Source: Paenibacillus phytohabitans (lineage in GTDB: Bacteria > Bacillota > Bacilli > Paenibacillales > Paenibacillaceae). Taken from it: a stretch of DNA of 64,000 nucleotides. The stretch lies in contig NZ_WHOB01000082.1 of NCBI RefSeq assembly GCF_013141775.1, positions 39,922-103,921 of the forward strand. Reading direction: 5' to 3'. A model generated the notes under the pieces. That model made no database searches, was not told the origin of the DNA, and saw only the letters and a program-made list of their open reading frames with translations. The position numbers and the translations under genes are program-made. Numbering within the stretch: the stretch's first letter is position 1; every line of letters starts with the position of its first letter. Shown piece after piece: positions 1 to 9,925 of this stretch.

Positions 1-206
1 GATGCCATTTATACGAAATGGATTGGTAAAGCTCCAGCGAAATAAGCATGTTCTAAGCTTCAGCTTACTTAACAACCTGCCTTATATTACTCGCAGAAAC
101 GGATGCCATCCCATGAGGATGGCACTGCCGTTTCTACTTGTTTATAGGAAGGATTCCTATATGGGGCAAGAATGAACTCATCTTTGGGCAAAGGCAGGTG
201 AAATCT

Positions 207-857
207 ATGGAATTTTCAATATTAACGAATTATTTCGGGCTGTATATGGAAGGGTTCTACGGCACCGTGCTGTCCAGTGTATTGGCCCTGATCGGCAGCT
301 TCCTGATCGGAGCGGTAATTGCGGTCTTCCGCATTACTACCGTGAGAGCGCTGCGCTGGTTCGGAACGGCGTATGTGGAGTTCATCCGCAATATCCCGCT
401 GCTGCTTGTAGTGTACATCTTCTATTATGGACCTTCTGCTCTGGGCTTTACGCTGGACGGCTTCAAGGCAGGAACGATCGGACTTGCGGTATACACCTCG
501 GCCTTCATCGCCGAAGCGATCCGTGCCGGAATCATGGCTGTTCCCAAGGGACAAATGGAGGCCTCACGTTCATCCGGCCTAAGCTACATACAGACGATGC
601 TGCATATCATCCTGCCGCAGGCGATCAAGCTGGTCATCCCGCCGCTCGGCAACCAGTTCATCAACCTGATCAAGAACTCCTCGGTACTGACGCTGGTAGC
701 CGGCCTTGATCTGATGTACTTCGCGGACAGTATCTCAACAGAGACTTACCGTACCTTCGACACCTATATCTTCGTGGCGTTGTTCTATCTGGTGCTTACC
801 CTTCCGCTCAGCTACGGCGTACGCGTGTGGGAACGCAGACTGCAGCGCAAATATTAA
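207..857 (+). CDS. Amino-acid ABC transporter permease (His/Glu/Gln/Arg/opine family). Likely start is ATG 207 (MEFSIL...) rather than 138.
   Basis: Multi-TM protein with the EAA-type permease loop 'IAEAIRAGIMAVPKGQMEASRSSGLS'. RBS-like AAAGGCAGGTG lies upstream of ATG 207. Confidence 0.85.
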   Translation: MEFSILTNYFGLYMEGFYGTVLSSVLALIGSFLIGAVIAVFRITTVRALRWFGTAYVEFIRNIPLLLVVYIFYYGPSALGFTLDGFKAGTIGLAVYTSAFIAEAIRAGIMAVPKGQMEASRSSGLSYIQTMLHIILPQAIKLVIPPLGNQFINLIKNSSVLTLVAGLDLMYFADSISTETYRTFDTYIFVALFYLVLTLPLSYGVRVWERRLQRKY

Positions 858-888
858 GAAGCCACTCAAAGCATAAAGGAGGGATATC

Positions 889-1539
889 ATGGATTTTATT
901 GGTGCATACTCCGCCGATAATTTGAAGTTTTTGCTGGACGGACTGTATATTACGCTGATCGTTGCCTTTGTATCAATCATTCTGAGTTTTGTCATTGGCT
1001 GTATTATTGGAGTCATCCGCTATTCGGAAGTGCCGGTATTGTCTCCGGTGATGTTCTACCTGGTCGAGCTGATCCGTAATCTGCCGCTGCTGCTGATCAT
1101 ATTCTTCATCCGCTTCGCTTTGCCGGAGGTAGGGATTAAGCTTGGACTGATTACGGCGGCGATTGCTGCACTAACGATATTCGAGGCGGCGATGATCGCT
1201 GAGATTGTCCGGGGCGGGTTGACGTCCATTGATAAAGGACAGATTGAGGCTGCACGTTCCTCCGGTCTCAGCAATTTTCAGACTCTGTGGCATATCGTGC
1301 TCCCCCAGGGACTGCGGCGGATGGTTCCGCCACTGGTCAGCCAGTTCATTTCGCTGCTGAAGGATACCTCGCTCGCGGTAGTCATTTCATTGCCGGAGCT
1401 GATGCACAATGCCAATATCGTAATCGGGCACAGCTATGGCTATGCTATACCGACGCTCGCGCTTGTGGCACTGATCTATTTCACCGTAAACTTCCTGCTG
1501 TCGATGCTCTCCAGAAGACTTGAGAACAAAACAGCATAA
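889..1539 (+). CDS. Second amino-acid ABC transporter permease, paralog of the previous gene.
   Basis: AAGGAGGG RBS at 874-881. Same permease signature 'IAEIVRGGLTSIDKGQIEAARSSGLS'. Five to six predicted TM helices. Confidence 0.85.
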   Translation: MDFIGAYSADNLKFLLDGLYITLIVAFVSIILSFVIGCIIGVIRYSEVPVLSPVMFYLVELIRNLPLLLIIFFIRFALPEVGIKLGLITAAIAALTIFEAAMIAEIVRGGLTSIDKGQIEAARSSGLSNFQTLWHIVLPQGLRRMVPPLVSQFISLLKDTSLAVVISLPELMHNANIVIGHSYGYAIPTLALVALIYFTVNFLLSMLSRRLENKTA

Positions 1540-1626
1540 ATAGGATAGAATCGGGGCAAAGCCGTATAAAATAAAGTGCGGGTATGATACTATAATTGTC
1601 AACATCTCTAGGCAGGAGCAGTGGCG

Positions 1627-2916
1627 ATGGGACAATCTATTCTGAGAATGAGAGTTGCACAGATTCTGCTGGTAGCGGTCGTTACGGCTGTAGCCGGTGA
1701 ATTCAAAATAAATCCGTTTGACGGGGACATCTTCCGGATCGCTATGGGCAGCAGCGCTTTTCTGCTGTTTTTGCTTTTAATGAGGCAGTTGCCGTATATC
1801 AGTACAGGCATTGCTACGGGTGTGGTCGTCCTGCTGTTCCGGACGGCAATGGATGCAGTGGAAGGAAGCGGACTGACGTTTGAGCAGAGCCTGAGCAGTC
1901 ATTTCTCCGCGATGGTCTATTATATTGTGTTCGCCTTGCTGATGCATGCCATCAAAAGCCGGCTGGATACCTTCCATCCGCTGGTGCTGGGCGCTGTTGC
2001 CGCGGTAATCGATCTTTTGTCGAATGAAATGGAGCTGCTGACGCGGCTGATTGTGCTGGATTCGGCCTCCTTCCGGCTGAACGAGTGGACTTATCTGATG
2101 GCGATTGCTGTCCTGCGTACGTATTTCACAACCGGGGTATACAGTAGTATCTCGGTCAGCCAGATGCGGATCAGAGCGCGTGAGCAGAATGAGCGGATTG
2201 AGCAGATGCTCGGATTCGGCTCCGGCCTGTACGGCGAAGTATTCTATCTGAAGAAATCCATCGGAACACTGGAGAATGTGACGCTAAACAGCTTCGAGCT
2301 GTACCGCAATCTGAAGGCCGGGGAAGGACCGGAGCCGTATAGCCGGCAGGTGCTGGATATCACCCAGCAGATTCATGAGGTGAAGAAGGATTCCCAGCGG
2401 ATTCTGGCCGGGCTTGTGAAGCTGGTGGAGCGCGAGGTTACCGGTGATATGCAGTTATCGGGAATTCTGCGGTTCACGGTCAAGAGCAATGCCAAATACG
2501 CCGAAATGCTGGACAAGCAGATCGATTTTCATATTCATATTACCTCCGATTACACAACCGACAGTTATATTCCTCTGCTGACTCTGCTTAACAACCTCAC
2601 TGCCAATGCGGTGGAAGTCATCAAACGTAAAGGCAGCATCAACCTGGATGCTTATGAGAAAGACGGCATGACCATTTTTACAGTGACCGATAGCGGGGCA
2701 GGGATTCAAAAGCGTGACCTGGAGCTGCTGTTCGAGCCGGGTTTTACTACGAAATTTGATGAAGAGGGAATCGCCGCTACGGGGATTGGACTCTCTCATG
2801 TACGGGATATAGTGAATATGTTCGGGGGAACGATTACCGTTCAGCCGGTGTCGCATGCCGGAGGGGCGATGTTCCAGATTATTGTGCCGAGTGCAAAGCT
2901 GCGGAAGGAGGAATAG
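1627..2916 (+). CDS. Membrane sensor histidine kinase. N-terminal multi-TM (5TM-Lyt-like) domain and C-terminal GHKL ATPase. GlnK/YcbA-like.
   Basis: Hydrophobic N-terminal ~160 aa, coiled linker, then C-terminal N/G boxes 'NNLTANAVEV', 'DSGAGI', 'GIGLSHV'. Followed 3 bp later by a response regulator. Confidence 0.75.
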   Translation: MGQSILRMRVAQILLVAVVTAVAGEFKINPFDGDIFRIAMGSSAFLLFLLLMRQLPYISTGIATGVVVLLFRTAMDAVEGSGLTFEQSLSSHFSAMVYYIVFALLMHAIKSRLDTFHPLVLGAVAAVIDLLSNEMELLTRLIVLDSASFRLNEWTYLMAIAVLRTYFTTGVYSSISVSQMRIRAREQNERIEQMLGFGSGLYGEVFYLKKSIGTLENVTLNSFELYRNLKAGEGPEPYSRQVLDITQQIHEVKKDSQRILAGLVKLVEREVTGDMQLSGILRFTVKSNAKYAEMLDKQIDFHIHITSDYTTDSYIPLLTLLNNLTANAVEVIKRKGSINLDAYEKDGMTIFTVTDSGAGIQKRDLELLFEPGFTTKFDEEGIAATGIGLSHVRDIVNMFGGTITVQPVSHAGGAMFQIIVPSAKLRKEE

Positions 2917-2919
2917 AGA

Positions 2920-3822
2920 ATGCCGCTTTCTTTCTGTATTGTAGATGATGACGCGTCGGCAAGAAGAATGCTGCAGCATATTATTGAGGATAGCGGACTT
3001 GGCGAAGTGGTGGGTACGGCGGAATGCGGGCAGGAGGGGGTAGCCCTGATCCTGAGTGAGACGCCGGATATTGTGCTGATGGATCTGCTGATGCCGGACC
3101 AGGATGGTATTGAGACGATCATTTCCCTTCAGGCGCAGGGCTGCCGTTCCAAGTTCGTGATGATCTCACAGATTGAGAATGGTGATATGGTCAGCCGCGC
3201 ATACAAAAGCGGAATTGAATTCTTCATCCGTAAGCCGATCAACAAGATTGAAGTCGAATCTGTGCTATACAAGGTGAATGAACGTTATGCGATGGGCCGT
3301 TATCTGGATGAGATCAAGCTGACGCTCGGCAAGCTGGAGGGTCTGCAGTTCGGAATGCCGCAGATGCCATCCGGTAAACGTACGGTCAAAGAGATTATCC
3401 AGCCGATACTGATGAATATGGGAATGATCTCGGAGAACGGCAGCAGGGATATTATCACGATCATGGAGCTGGCGGTAGCGGGCGGGAACAGCGGGAGCCT
3501 TCCTCCGCTGAAGGAATTATACGAAATGGCCGCCGCTACGTACAAGCCGGTGCCGGCTGATGCCGCCAAAGAAGTCAAAGCCATTGAACAGCGGCTGCGC
3601 CGCGCGCTCGCGGCCGGACTGGCGAACCTGGCTTCCATCGGTCTGACGGATTACGGCAATCCGAAGTTCGAGCATTATGCGCCGCTGTATTTCGACTTTG
3701 AAGAAGTGCGCCTGAAGATGAAAGAGATTGAACAGGGGCGCGACACCGGCAAGGTGAAGGTGAACATCAAGAAGTTCCTGCAGGTGCTTCATCTGGAGGT
3801 ACTGGAGGGTATGGGCCGCTAG
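2920..3822 (+). CDS. Response regulator with receiver domain plus an ~180-aa non-canonical C-terminal domain (GlnL/YcbB-like).
   Basis: AAGGAGGAA RBS. Receiver motifs 'IVDDD' and 'DIVLMDLLMPDQDG'. C-terminal domain is not OmpR/NarL-type. Paired with the upstream kinase. Confidence 0.75.
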   Translation: MPLSFCIVDDDASARRMLQHIIEDSGLGEVVGTAECGQEGVALILSETPDIVLMDLLMPDQDGIETIISLQAQGCRSKFVMISQIENGDMVSRAYKSGIEFFIRKPINKIEVESVLYKVNERYAMGRYLDEIKLTLGKLEGLQFGMPQMPSGKRTVKEIIQPILMNMGMISENGSRDIITIMELAVAGGNSGSLPPLKELYEMAAATYKPVPADAAKEVKAIEQRLRRALAAGLANLASIGLTDYGNPKFEHYAPLYFDFEEVRLKMKEIEQGRDTGKVKVNIKKFLQVLHLEVLEGMGR

Positions 3823-3864
3823 AGCGGAATTGATACGGAAAATGAAGCAAAAATAAACCTCCGG

Positions 3865-3897
3865 AACCGCTGCCAGCGGACTGGCGGTTATTTTTTT
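3865..3897 (+). terminator. Rho-independent terminator after the two-component operon.
   Basis: Imperfect hairpin AACCGCTGCCAG..CTGGCGGTT followed by TTTTTTT. Confidence 0.6.
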
Positions 3898-4025
3898 GAG
3901 ATAACAGGAGCCGGGGCGGATACAGAGGTTTCATAATAGTAGGCCTCATGCGTTACAATAGTAGCAGGCCGACAGGCAACGGGCTGTTGCAAGGCGGATA
4001 GCAGGATAAGGTGGAGGACTCATAT

Positions 4026-4985
4026 ATGATACGAACGCTTGCGGTAACACATAAGGGCGAGGTGCTGACTGACCTGCCGCTTCAGAGTATAGTGCTGGAT
4101 AACTATGCCTGGATTTGGGCGGATTTTGCCATGCCTACGGAAGAAGAGACATTGCTGCTGGACACTTATTTTCATTTTCACCCGCTGGCTATTGAAGACT
4201 GTATGCATGTGCTGCAGCGTCCGAAGCTGGATTATTACGAGGATGTGCAGTTCTTCGTGCTGCATGCGCTTAATGAGCGTACGCTGGAGGCGGAAGAGGT
4301 CGACCTTTTTCTCAGCAAAAAATTCCTCGTTTCCTACCATCACCAGAATAAATCGGAAATGGAGGAAGCGTGGCAGATGGTTCAAGCTGAAATTCATAGC
4401 CGTAAGGGCTGGTCGGGCGGGCCGATGGCTGCTGCTTACACTGTAATGGACAAGCTGGTCGACAGGTATTTCCCGTCACTGTACACCCTGGAGGATGAAC
4501 TGGCAGATCTGGAGAGCAAGAGTGACAGTGAATCGGTGGAAGAGCTGATGAGTCAGGTGTTCAACGTGCGCGGAAGACTGCTCAAGCTGCGCCGGACGAT
4601 CGTGCCGATGCGTGATCTGATGTACCGGATTGTCAACTCGCAGCATGTGCAGAGCAACGGGGAGGAGCGGATCTACTTCGGTGATATTTATGATCATCTG
4701 CTGAAGCTGACCGACATGATTGAAGTTGACCGGGAAATGACCGCCGATCTGCGTGACAGCTACATCTCGCTCAACTCCAACCGGATGAATTCCATTATGA
4801 AAACACTGACGGTAATCACTACCGTATTTATGCCGCTGACGCTGATCGCCGGAATCTACGGGATGAACTTCAGGGTAATGCCGGAGCTGGACTGGGATTA
4901 TGGTTATTTCGCGGTATTGCTGCTGATGCTGGTGCTGGGAGTAGGGATGTTCAGGTGGTTCCGGCGGAGCGGCTGGTTTAAGTGA
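4026..4985 (+). CDS. corA: CorA-family magnesium/cobalt transporter.
   Basis: GMN signature 'YGMNF' followed by two C-terminal TM helices. GGTGGAGG RBS sits 8 nt before ATG 4026. Confidence 0.9.
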   Translation: MIRTLAVTHKGEVLTDLPLQSIVLDNYAWIWADFAMPTEEETLLLDTYFHFHPLAIEDCMHVLQRPKLDYYEDVQFFVLHALNERTLEAEEVDLFLSKKFLVSYHHQNKSEMEEAWQMVQAEIHSRKGWSGGPMAAAYTVMDKLVDRYFPSLYTLEDELADLESKSDSESVEELMSQVFNVRGRLLKLRRTIVPMRDLMYRIVNSQHVQSNGEERIYFGDIYDHLLKLTDMIEVDREMTADLRDSYISLNSNRMNSIMKTLTVITTVFMPLTLIAGIYGMNFRVMPELDWDYGYFAVLLLMLVLGVGMFRWFRRSGWFK

Positions 4986-5100
4986 AACCGTGCGAGAACC
5001 GGACAAGGACCGGCGGTATAAAAGAATGGTTATGGCTGACGACGCATGGGTATTCATGGAATACAGCGGTCCGGCAGCAGAGAGAAAAGGCGTGTTAAAC

Positions 5101-5122
5101 GCCGCCGCTTAAGAACGGCGGC
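5101..5122. terminator. GC hairpin GCCGCCG-cttaagaa-CGGCGGC spanning the 3' end of the minus-strand gene. Possible bidirectional terminator.
   Basis: 7-bp perfect stem seen directly in the sequence. T/A runs are weak. Confidence 0.35.
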
Positions 5123-5659
5123 GCTTAACAGAGGAAGGGGCCCCGGTTTTGCGGCTCTTGGAGGTATTTTTGCGGCGCTGCGTGGTTGGGCGTCTTTTTT
5201 TGCGCCGTTTGGGGGTATACAGTGCCGCATCTTCTTCCGCCGCAAGTGCTCCCGCTGCGCTTCCCTTGCCTTTGCCGAATCCGCCCATCACCAGCTTCAC
5301 CATCGGAGCCATCTGTGAAAAGCCCTGCATGACCTTCTGTACCTTGCCCATGGAGTTGACGATTCCGTCAATCCCGCCCATCCGGTCGACAATTCCCTTG
5401 ATCTGCTCCATATTCGCGAGACTCCCGAGGTTGCCCAGCCCGCCCAGCAGACCGCCGGCTTTCGCAGTAGCAGCTTCGGCAGCGGGTATAGCAAGTGCAG
5501 TATCGGCAACTTCTGCACCGAAGGCAGGCAGTATTCCGGGTTCTCCGGGAAGCGGGGCAGGCGCGTAGGAAGAGAGGCCCGGATAGGGTGACGGATTGTA
5601 CGGCTCAGCCAGTGAACGCCCTTCCCTGCGGGAATGATTATAGTAATGCTCAGGCATAA
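5109..5659 (-). CDS. Hypothetical Pro/Gly/Ala-rich low-complexity protein with a strongly basic Lys/Arg C-terminal tail. Possibly spore- or nucleic-acid-associated.
   Basis: ORF with RBS-like AAGGAATGTGAT before ATG 5659. Composition 'GGLLGGLGNLGSL...' and C-terminal 'KRRKKRRPTTQRRKNTSKSRK'. No recognisable enzymatic motif. Confidence 0.5.
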
Positions 5660-6086
5660 TATCACATTCCTTCGTTAGTGGTTTGCTATACTGTATGTCA
5701 TGGGCGAACATACGGTATAGACGAATGCCCGGGTAACCGGGATACTAGCGGAAAAGGGCGAATGCCTACAAGAACCCTCTGGAAGTGAAGAAACCGTGTC
5801 CATGCTTGATTTCGTGAGGTTTTGTAGTACTATAGTTAAGGCGGTAGAACCTAGGAATCAGAGGAAGAAGGCCGTAAGCTCCATTAGTGGTGTGCGCCCG
5901 GGGTGGACGTTTGTCCATCATTTTCGTTCTTTACAGCGTGAAACCGTTAATGCTTGAAAAATGTGCTCCAGTGCAATATAGTAGAGGCAAGATAGTCACA
6001 TTAAGTTTATGCTTCCGAGTATCTAATTTGTACGAAGCTTAATCAGTGATGCTAATGCTGACCAAACTTTTAGGGGATGATTAACG

Positions 6087-6377
6087 ATGCAGCTTAAGAA
6101 GCTAAACGATAAAAGTATCGATCAATTATTTGAGGCTATTTTAACATTGAAAAATATGGAAGAATGCTATGTGTTCTTTGATGATTTGTGCACGGTGAAC
6201 GAAATTCAATCGCTCTCGCAGCGCCTTGAAGTCGCGCGGATGCTGGGCAAAGGGTCTACATACAATCAAATTGAAGCAGAAACAGGTGCCAGCACAGCAA
6301 CAATCTCCCGTGTGAAGCGCTGCCTGAACTACGGCAATGACGGCTACAAGCTCACGCTGGAACGTCTGGGACGTTAA
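6087..6377 (+). CDS. yerC: YerC/YecD-family TrpR-like DNA-binding protein.
   Basis: 96 aa with 'LSQRLEVARML..GSTYNQIEAETGASTATISRVKRCL', the characteristic YerC/YecD pattern. Sits upstream of dagK as in Bacillus. Confidence 0.8.
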   Translation: MQLKKLNDKSIDQLFEAILTLKNMEECYVFFDDLCTVNEIQSLSQRLEVARMLGKGSTYNQIEAETGASTATISRVKRCLNYGNDGYKLTLERLGR

Positions 6378-7151
6378 TTGATGCAGCCGGGTGTGCTGAT
6401 GATCAGTCACGGCTCCCGCGATAAGACCTGGGTGTCGATCGTAGAGGAAGCCGTGAGTCATTTATCGCTGGGGGAAGAGATTCCCGTGGCGGTATCTTTC
6501 CTGGAGCTGGTAGAAGGACGATTGATTCAGGACGGTATAGACGAGCTGGAACATGCAGGGGTCACAGATATTATTGTGATCCCCTTGTTTGTGTCCTCCG
6601 GCAGTACGCATATCGATGAGATAGAGTATGCACTGGGCGCTAAGCCGGTTCCAGAACGGGAGACGGATCTGGAACGGTTCCGGGTTACAGCGCAGATTCA
6701 CTTCGGCTATCCCGTTGACGACGATCCGGACATTGCGCTGATGATCTGGGATAAGCTCCGGGAACTCTCGAAGAATCCGGAGCGGGAGACCCTGCTGCTT
6801 GTCGGACACGGCAGCAGGCATGAGGGCTTCCGGCAGCGCTGGGAGCAGGGGATCTCCTCACTCGCGGCGCGGGTACGGGACATAAGCGGGCTGGCTGCGG
6901 CCGATTACGGGCTGCTGAACCCGGACAGCGTAAGAAGCAGAGTGGAGTATTGGCAGGAGCAGGGCCATGATGTACTGGTGGCTCCGCTCTTTTTAAGTGA
7001 GGGGTATTTCACCAAGGTTGTTATTCCGCAGCGGCTGGAAGGGCTCGAATATGCCTACTCCGGCCAGACCCTGCTGCCGCATCCGCTGCTGCCGCGCTGG
7101 ATTGAACGGCAGGTGGAGGCGGCGCTGCTGCGTCTGCGGGGCCGGGGTTAG
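6378..7151 (+). CDS. CbiX/SirB-family sirohydrochlorin chelatase, two-domain long form.
   Basis: Duplicated 'HGSR' motifs ('MISHGSRD', 'LLVGHGSRHE'). The start (TTG 6378 or ATG 6381) abuts the yerC stop. Confidence 0.75.
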   Translation: MMQPGVLMISHGSRDKTWVSIVEEAVSHLSLGEEIPVAVSFLELVEGRLIQDGIDELEHAGVTDIIVIPLFVSSGSTHIDEIEYALGAKPVPERETDLERFRVTAQIHFGYPVDDDPDIALMIWDKLRELSKNPERETLLLVGHGSRHEGFRQRWEQGISSLAARVRDISGLAAADYGLLNPDSVRSRVEYWQEQGHDVLVAPLFLSEGYFTKVVIPQRLEGLEYAYSGQTLLPHPLLPRWIERQVEAALLRLRGRG

Positions 7152-7453
7152 AAAATAACATATGCGAGAAGGATCGAAGGGGATTTTGGAACTGTAGGAG
7201 CGTTAGCGATCGCCTGAAAGCTTTCCGCAGGAAAGCTCGCTACGGAAGCGGCGTGCCCAGTCACCGGATATTCACCGTAGTGACGATTGAGCTTGAAGTT
7301 AGTATTTTAAGTTCAGCTTATATAGAAAAAATAGAATGCGTCCAGTATTTATTTTGGCAGCCGCCGCATACATATATCTATACTTTCTGCCGGGCTGAGG
7401 AGTCTTTGGCGCTGCACGGGAGTATAAATATAATCCTCTAAAGCTCCCTGACA

Positions 7454-7483
7454 TTGCTTGTGGGGTGCTGAATTGGGTATAAT
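7454..7483 (+). promoter_or_regulatory. Candidate sigma-A promoter for dagK: -35 TTGCTT, 18-bp spacer, -10 TATAAT.
   Basis: Hexamers read directly from the sequence about 45 bp upstream of the dagK ATG. Confidence 0.4.
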
Positions 7484-7524
7484 CAGTAAGGTTATCCATT
7501 ATATAAACAGGTGGCGTTCCGGTA

Positions 7525-8418
7525 ATGAAAACTGCGAGATTGATTTATAATCCCACTTCTGGTCGGGAAGAAATGAAAAGACGACTCGCCGATATTTTAG
7601 ACCGGCTGGATGTTGGCGGCATTGAAGCCTCCTGTCATGCAACAACCGGAGAGGGCGATGCCACAGCAGCCGCAGCTGAGGCTGTAGAGCGCGGTACGTA
7701 TGATCTGATCATAGCTGCCGGAGGCGACGGTACGCTCAATGAAGTAATCAACGGGATGGCTGAGAAGCCTAACCTTCCCCCGCTCGGCTTATTACCGCTC
7801 GGGACTACCAACGATTTTGCCAGGGCCATGGGCATTCCGAAGAATTGGGAGGATTCCTGCGACCTGATTCTGCGCCAGGAGTCGCGCCTGATTGACCTCG
7901 GCAAAGCCAATGACCGTTATTTCATTAATATAGCCGGCGGCGGCCAGCTGACGGAGCTTACCTATGAGGTTCCCAGTAAGCTGAAGACCATGATGGGCCA
8001 GCTTGCCTATTACCTGAAGGGTATTGAGAAGATGGCCAGCCTTGCTCCGCAGGAGCTGTACATCCGCGCGAACGGCCAAGAGATGATCCATGACGAGTTC
8101 ATGCTCTTCCTGATCGCCAATACGAACTCCGTCGGCGGCTTCGAGAAGCTGGCTCCGGGTGCCAGAATCGATGACGGTCTGCTCGATGTAATTGCCGTCA
8201 AGAAATGCAACCTGGCCGAATTCATCCGGCTGGTCCGGCTTACGATCCGCGGCGATCATCTGAATGACAAGAAGGTTATCCATTTCCGCACGGATGCGAT
8301 GGAGGTTACCTCCCCAGGCTACGTCCAGCTTAATCTGGACGGCGAACTCGGCGGCACGCTGCCGGGCAATTTCAGTATTCTGCCGCATCATCTGCGGATC
8401 TTCGCGCAGAATAATTAA
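7525..8418 (+). CDS. dagK: Diacylglycerol kinase (DagK/YegS lipid-kinase family).
   Basis: 'AAGGDGTLNEVING' DAGK catalytic motif. ~300 aa. Followed by rlmCD, as in B. subtilis yerQ-yefA. Confidence 0.85.
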   Translation: MKTARLIYNPTSGREEMKRRLADILDRLDVGGIEASCHATTGEGDATAAAAEAVERGTYDLIIAAGGDGTLNEVINGMAEKPNLPPLGLLPLGTTNDFARAMGIPKNWEDSCDLILRQESRLIDLGKANDRYFINIAGGGQLTELTYEVPSKLKTMMGQLAYYLKGIEKMASLAPQELYIRANGQEMIHDEFMLFLIANTNSVGGFEKLAPGARIDDGLLDVIAVKKCNLAEFIRLVRLTIRGDHLNDKKVIHFRTDAMEVTSPGYVQLNLDGELGGTLPGNFSILPHHLRIFAQNN

Positions 8419-8461
8419 CAAGATTAATAGTGAAGATAATGAAAGAAGTGAACCTATACAC

Positions 8462-9925
8462 ATGAGTAAACACCGCAGCGGGCGCAGCGCAAGCCGCCGG
8501 GAACAAGGACCGGCTTCTGTCGCCGGACTGCCAGTGAATAAGAATGATGAGGTCCTGCTCGATATTATCGGCATGACGCATGAAGGTGAAGGGGTAGGCC
8601 GTGTAGAGGGCTTTACCCTTTTTGTGCAGGGTGCTCTTCCCGGTGAGAAGGTCCGCGCCAGAGTGCTGAAGACCAAGAAGCAGTATGGCTATGCCAAGCT
8701 GATGGAGCTGGTGCAGGCTAGTCCCGACCGAATAGGGCCGCCATGCCCGATCTATGATCAATGCGGCGGCTGCCAGCTGCAGCATATGGACTATACCGCC
8801 CAGCTGGCGTGGAAACGGCAGCTGGTGGTGGACAACCTGCAGCGGATCGGGAAGCTGCAGGTGGCGGATGCGGCTGACGGTAATGCCGCAACAGCTGAAG
8901 GGACCCGAGTCCTGCCTACCCTTGGCATGGACGAGCCTTGGCGTTACCGCAACAAGGCTCAGGTGCCAATTGGCGTGACCGATGGCGGCCTGGTCGGCGG
9001 CTTCTACGCACGCGGCAGCCACCGGATCATCGACATGGAGACCTGTCTGATTCAGCATGAAGATAATGACAAGGTCGTCGCCACCGTGAAGAGCCTAGGC
9101 CGTGAGCTTGGCATTACCGCCTATGACGAAGAGACCGGCCGCGGGCTGCTGCGCCACGTTGTGGTGAAGAAGGCCTTCCGCACCGGGCAGATGATGCTGG
9201 TGCTGGTAACCAATGGCCGGGATATCCCGCATCTGGATGCCTGGCTCGGCAGTATCCGTGAGCAGCTTCCTGAAGTGGCGAGCATCTGCCAGAACATTAA
9301 CATCCAGAAGACCAATGTAATCTTCGGTAACGATACCCGCGTCTTATGGGGCAGCGATGTGATCTACGACTACATCGGAGATGTGCAGTTCGCTATCTCA
9401 GCACGATCCTTCTATCAGGTGAATCCGGTACAGACCGAGGTACTGTACGGCAGAACCCTGGACTACGCTGCGTTAACCGGCAGCGAGACCGTAATCGACG
9501 CCTACTGCGGCATCGGAACCATCTCGCTGTTCCTGGCCCAGCATGCCGACCAGGTCTACGGTGTAGAAATTGTGCCCGAAGCTATTGAAGACGCCCGGGC
9601 CAATGCCAAGCTTAACCACATGACCAATGTGAAGTTTGAAGTCGGCGCTTCAGAGGATGTCATCCCCGCCTGGAAAGAGCAGGGCATCACCCCGGACGTT
9701 ATCGTCGTCGATCCGCCGCGCAAGGGCTGCGACCCGCGTCTGCTGGAAACGATCCTGCTGATGCAGCCGGAGCGTGTGGTGTATGTATCGTGCAACCCGT
9801 CCACCCTGGCCCGCGATTTGCGGGTCCTGGAAGATGGCGGGTACAGAACCGTGGAGGTCACTCCGGTGGATATGTTCCCGCATACGGTGCATGTGGAGTC
9901 GGTGGCTTGGCTGGAGCGGAAGTAG
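8462..9925 (+). CDS. rlmCD: 23S rRNA (uracil-C5)-methyltransferase RlmCD/RumA: TRAM domain, 4Fe-4S cysteines, SAM methyltransferase. Start ATG 8462 (MSKHRSG...).
   Basis: Cys cluster 'CPIYDQCGGCQLQH', SAM motif 'DAYCGIGTISL', and C-terminal 'DPPRKG'/'VYVSCNP' motifs. Confidence 0.85.
   Translation: MSKHRSGRSASRREQGPASVAGLPVNKNDEVLLDIIGMTHEGEGVGRVEGFTLFVQGALPGEKVRARVLKTKKQYGYAKLMELVQASPDRIGPPCPIYDQCGGCQLQHMDYTAQLAWKRQLVVDNLQRIGKLQVADAADGNAATAEGTRVLPTLGMDEPWRYRNKAQVPIGVTDGGLVGGFYARGSHRIIDMETCLIQHEDNDKVVATVKSLGRELGITAYDEETGRGLLRHVVVKKAFRTGQMMLVLVTNGRDIPHLDAWLGSIREQLPEVASICQNINIQKTNVIFGNDTRVLWGSDVIYDYIGDVQFAISARSFYQVNPVQTEVLYGRTLDYAALTGSETVIDAYCGIGTISLFLAQHADQVYGVEIVPEAIEDARANAKLNHMTNVKFEVGASEDVIPAWKEQGITPDVIVVDPPRKGCDPRLLETILLMQPERVVYVSCNPSTLARDLRVLEDGGYRTVEVTPVDMFPHTVHVESVAWLERK

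Noticed and set aside
1621-1626. GTG 1621 as the kinase start
   Set aside because: ATG 1627 has better spacing to the AGGAGC RBS. The difference is trivial.
4020-4446. ORFs 4020-4397(-) and 4105-4446(+) inside corA
   Set aside because: They overlap a well-supported CorA gene in other frames, with an unusual Cys/Arg-rich composition.
7792-9058. Long antisense ORFs (7792-8676, 8372-9058) within dagK/rlmCD
   Set aside because: GC-rich antisense frames. The sense genes carry strong conserved motifs.
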